A model generated the notes under the pieces. The model did no database searches, had not been told where the DNA came from, and saw only the letters and a program-made list of their open reading frames with translations. Position numbers and translations under genes: made by a program. From a virus (taxonomy: Duplodnaviria; Caudoviricetes): DNA of 59,984 bases. This document shows, piece after piece, positions 58,827 to 59,984 of the stretch. The stretch is taken from positions 1 to 59,984 of the IMG/VR virus record IMGVR_UViG_3300022602_000102, one strand, 5' to 3'. How positions within the stretch are numbered: position 1 is the stretch's first letter; every line of letters starts with the position of its first letter.

Positions 58827-59726
58827 ATGACTGACCGCGCTCAATTTGAAGCAATGCTAGAAGCCTTGATCAATGAAGATCATGAGCAAGCAAAAGAAAT
58901 ATTCCACAACATCGTTGTTGGAAAATCACGTGAAATTTATGAAGAATTACTAGCTGAAGATTTCAGCCCAGAAGAAGCCAACCGTGCTGCCGGCGGACAC
59001 ATGCATTCTGAAAGTTCAGAAGAGGAAGAAGAGTCTGTAGAGGAAGGCGCTGAAGAAGGCGAAGAGGAAGAAGAAGGCGAAGAGGAAGAAGAAGACGGTG
59101 AAGATGATGCCGAAGATAATCCTTTTGGCGGTGAAGACGATGGCGAGGAAGACGGTGAAGAAGACGGTGAAGAAGACGACATGGGCGGTGACTCCGATCT
59201 AGAAGCCAAAGTATACGATTTAGAAGATGCATTAGAAGATCTAAAAGCAGAATTTGAACAGCTAATGGCTGGCGAAGAAGCAGAAGAACATGATCACCCA
59301 GGTATCCATGACATGGGCGGTGCTGATGCAGACATGGGTGGCGACATGGGTCCAGATGATATGGGCGCAATGGGCGAGCCAGACGAATTAGCAACAATGA
59401 TGGAGTATGTTAACAAAGTTGGTAACGTACAACACGGCGACAATGGACAAAACACCAAGTCAATAATTGATAACATGAAGAACGATATGGGCGGTACAAC
59501 TGCTAATATTGCTCAGAACTTTAGCACAACAACTGGTGGTACACAAGGTGGATTGGCAGCGCCAACTACTAAGCCTTTAATTGGCAAAGTACAAAACAGT
59601 CCAGATGCAAAAGCAGGCAAGACAGCGTTCAAGAAACAAGAACCAGGTCATGGTGCTGAGAAGAAAGGCAAAGGCGAAATGGGCGGCACTGATAAGAAGA
59701 GTCTTATCGGCGGACGCATTCGTTAA
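58827..59726 (+). CDS. Acidic prohead core / scaffolding-like protein
   Basis: AGGAG RBS; long Glu/Asp/Gly tracts; between portal and prohead protease. Confidence 0.65.
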   Translation: MTDRAQFEAMLEALINEDHEQAKEIFHNIVVGKSREIYEELLAEDFSPEEANRAAGGHMHSESSEEEEESVEEGAEEGEEEEEGEEEEEDGEDDAEDNPFGGEDDGEEDGEEDGEEDDMGGDSDLEAKVYDLEDALEDLKAEFEQLMAGEEAEEHDHPGIHDMGGADADMGGDMGPDDMGAMGEPDELATMMEYVNKVGNVQHGDNGQNTKSIIDNMKNDMGGTTANIAQNFSTTTGGTQGGLAAPTTKPLIGKVQNSPDAKAGKTAFKKQEPGHGAEKKGKGEMGGTDKKSLIGGRIR

Positions 59727-59749
59727 TTAACACAGAGTACATATAATAT

Positions 59750-59984
59750 ATGTCACTATACCTCCGAGAGAATCTCAGTTTCAACGAAGCAAAAATGATC
59801 GTTGAGTCTGATGACAAAGATGGGAAAAACTTATACATGTCTGGGATTTGCATCCAAGGCGGTATTCGTAACGCTAACCAGCGTGTTTACCCTGTGAATG
59901 AGATTGGCAAGGCTGTCAAGACCCTAAACGATCAGATTCAAAACGGTTATTCAGTTCTCGGAGAAGTAGATCATCCAGATGATC
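59750..59984 (+). CDS. gp21: Prohead protease (T4 gp21-like), truncated by the window end
   Basis: Translated by hand: MSLYLREN...LYMSGICIQGGIRNANQRVYP...VLGEVDHPDD. Confidence 0.88.
   Translation, partial: MSLYLRENLSFNEAKMIVESDDKDGKNLYMSGICIQGGIRNANQRVYPVNEIGKAVKTLNDQIQNGYSVLGEVDHPDD

Noticed and set aside
59030-59180. GAAGAA/GAAGACGGT repeats as a DNA element
   Set aside because: They simply encode the Glu/Asp/Gly tract of the prohead core protein
1-59984. Stop-codon recoding (TAG or TGA), as in some jumbo phages
   Set aside because: The gene ends I checked are TAA or TGA, and very long ORFs (5658 and 1150 aa) are intact in the standard code with near-complete coding density

Overview
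An AT-rich, gene-dense 60-kb segment of a large (probably jumbo) T4-related myophage genome in the standard genetic code. All annotations come from motif recognition by eye; no searches were run. 1-10.1 kb (+): QueE, a 2OG-Fe(II) oxygenase, RNase H, a MoxR AAA+/vWA-HExxH pair, ThyX and small hypotheticals. 10.1-46.4 kb (-): tail/baseplate block with four paralogous fibre proteins, a U32-family enzyme, a 5658-aa structural protein and gp6/gp25/gp5/gp53-like proteins. 46.4-53 kb (+): gp55-like late sigma factor, a GIY-YIG homing endonuclease, gp47/gp46, a small GIY-YIG nuclease, then a ~480-nt ORF-free, heavily base-paired region. 53-60 kb: gp26-like chaperone (-), then tape-measure-like protein, portal, acidic prohead core and the start of the prohead protease (+). 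Main findings: (1) a candidate large, possibly pseudoknotted ncRNA at 51476-51955 directly after the small GIY-YIG nuclease; (2) a complete -1 frameshift signal (T_TTT_TTC, 5-nt spacer, 12-bp stem) fusing the gp26-like chaperone to the next ORF, like lambda G/GT; (3) a U32-family Cys-rich enzyme inside the tail-fibre operon; (4) regulatory elements: consensus sigma70 promoters (one with a UUCG hairpin as its spacer), NATAAATA late promoters and an RBS-sequestering hairpin on the homing endonuclease.
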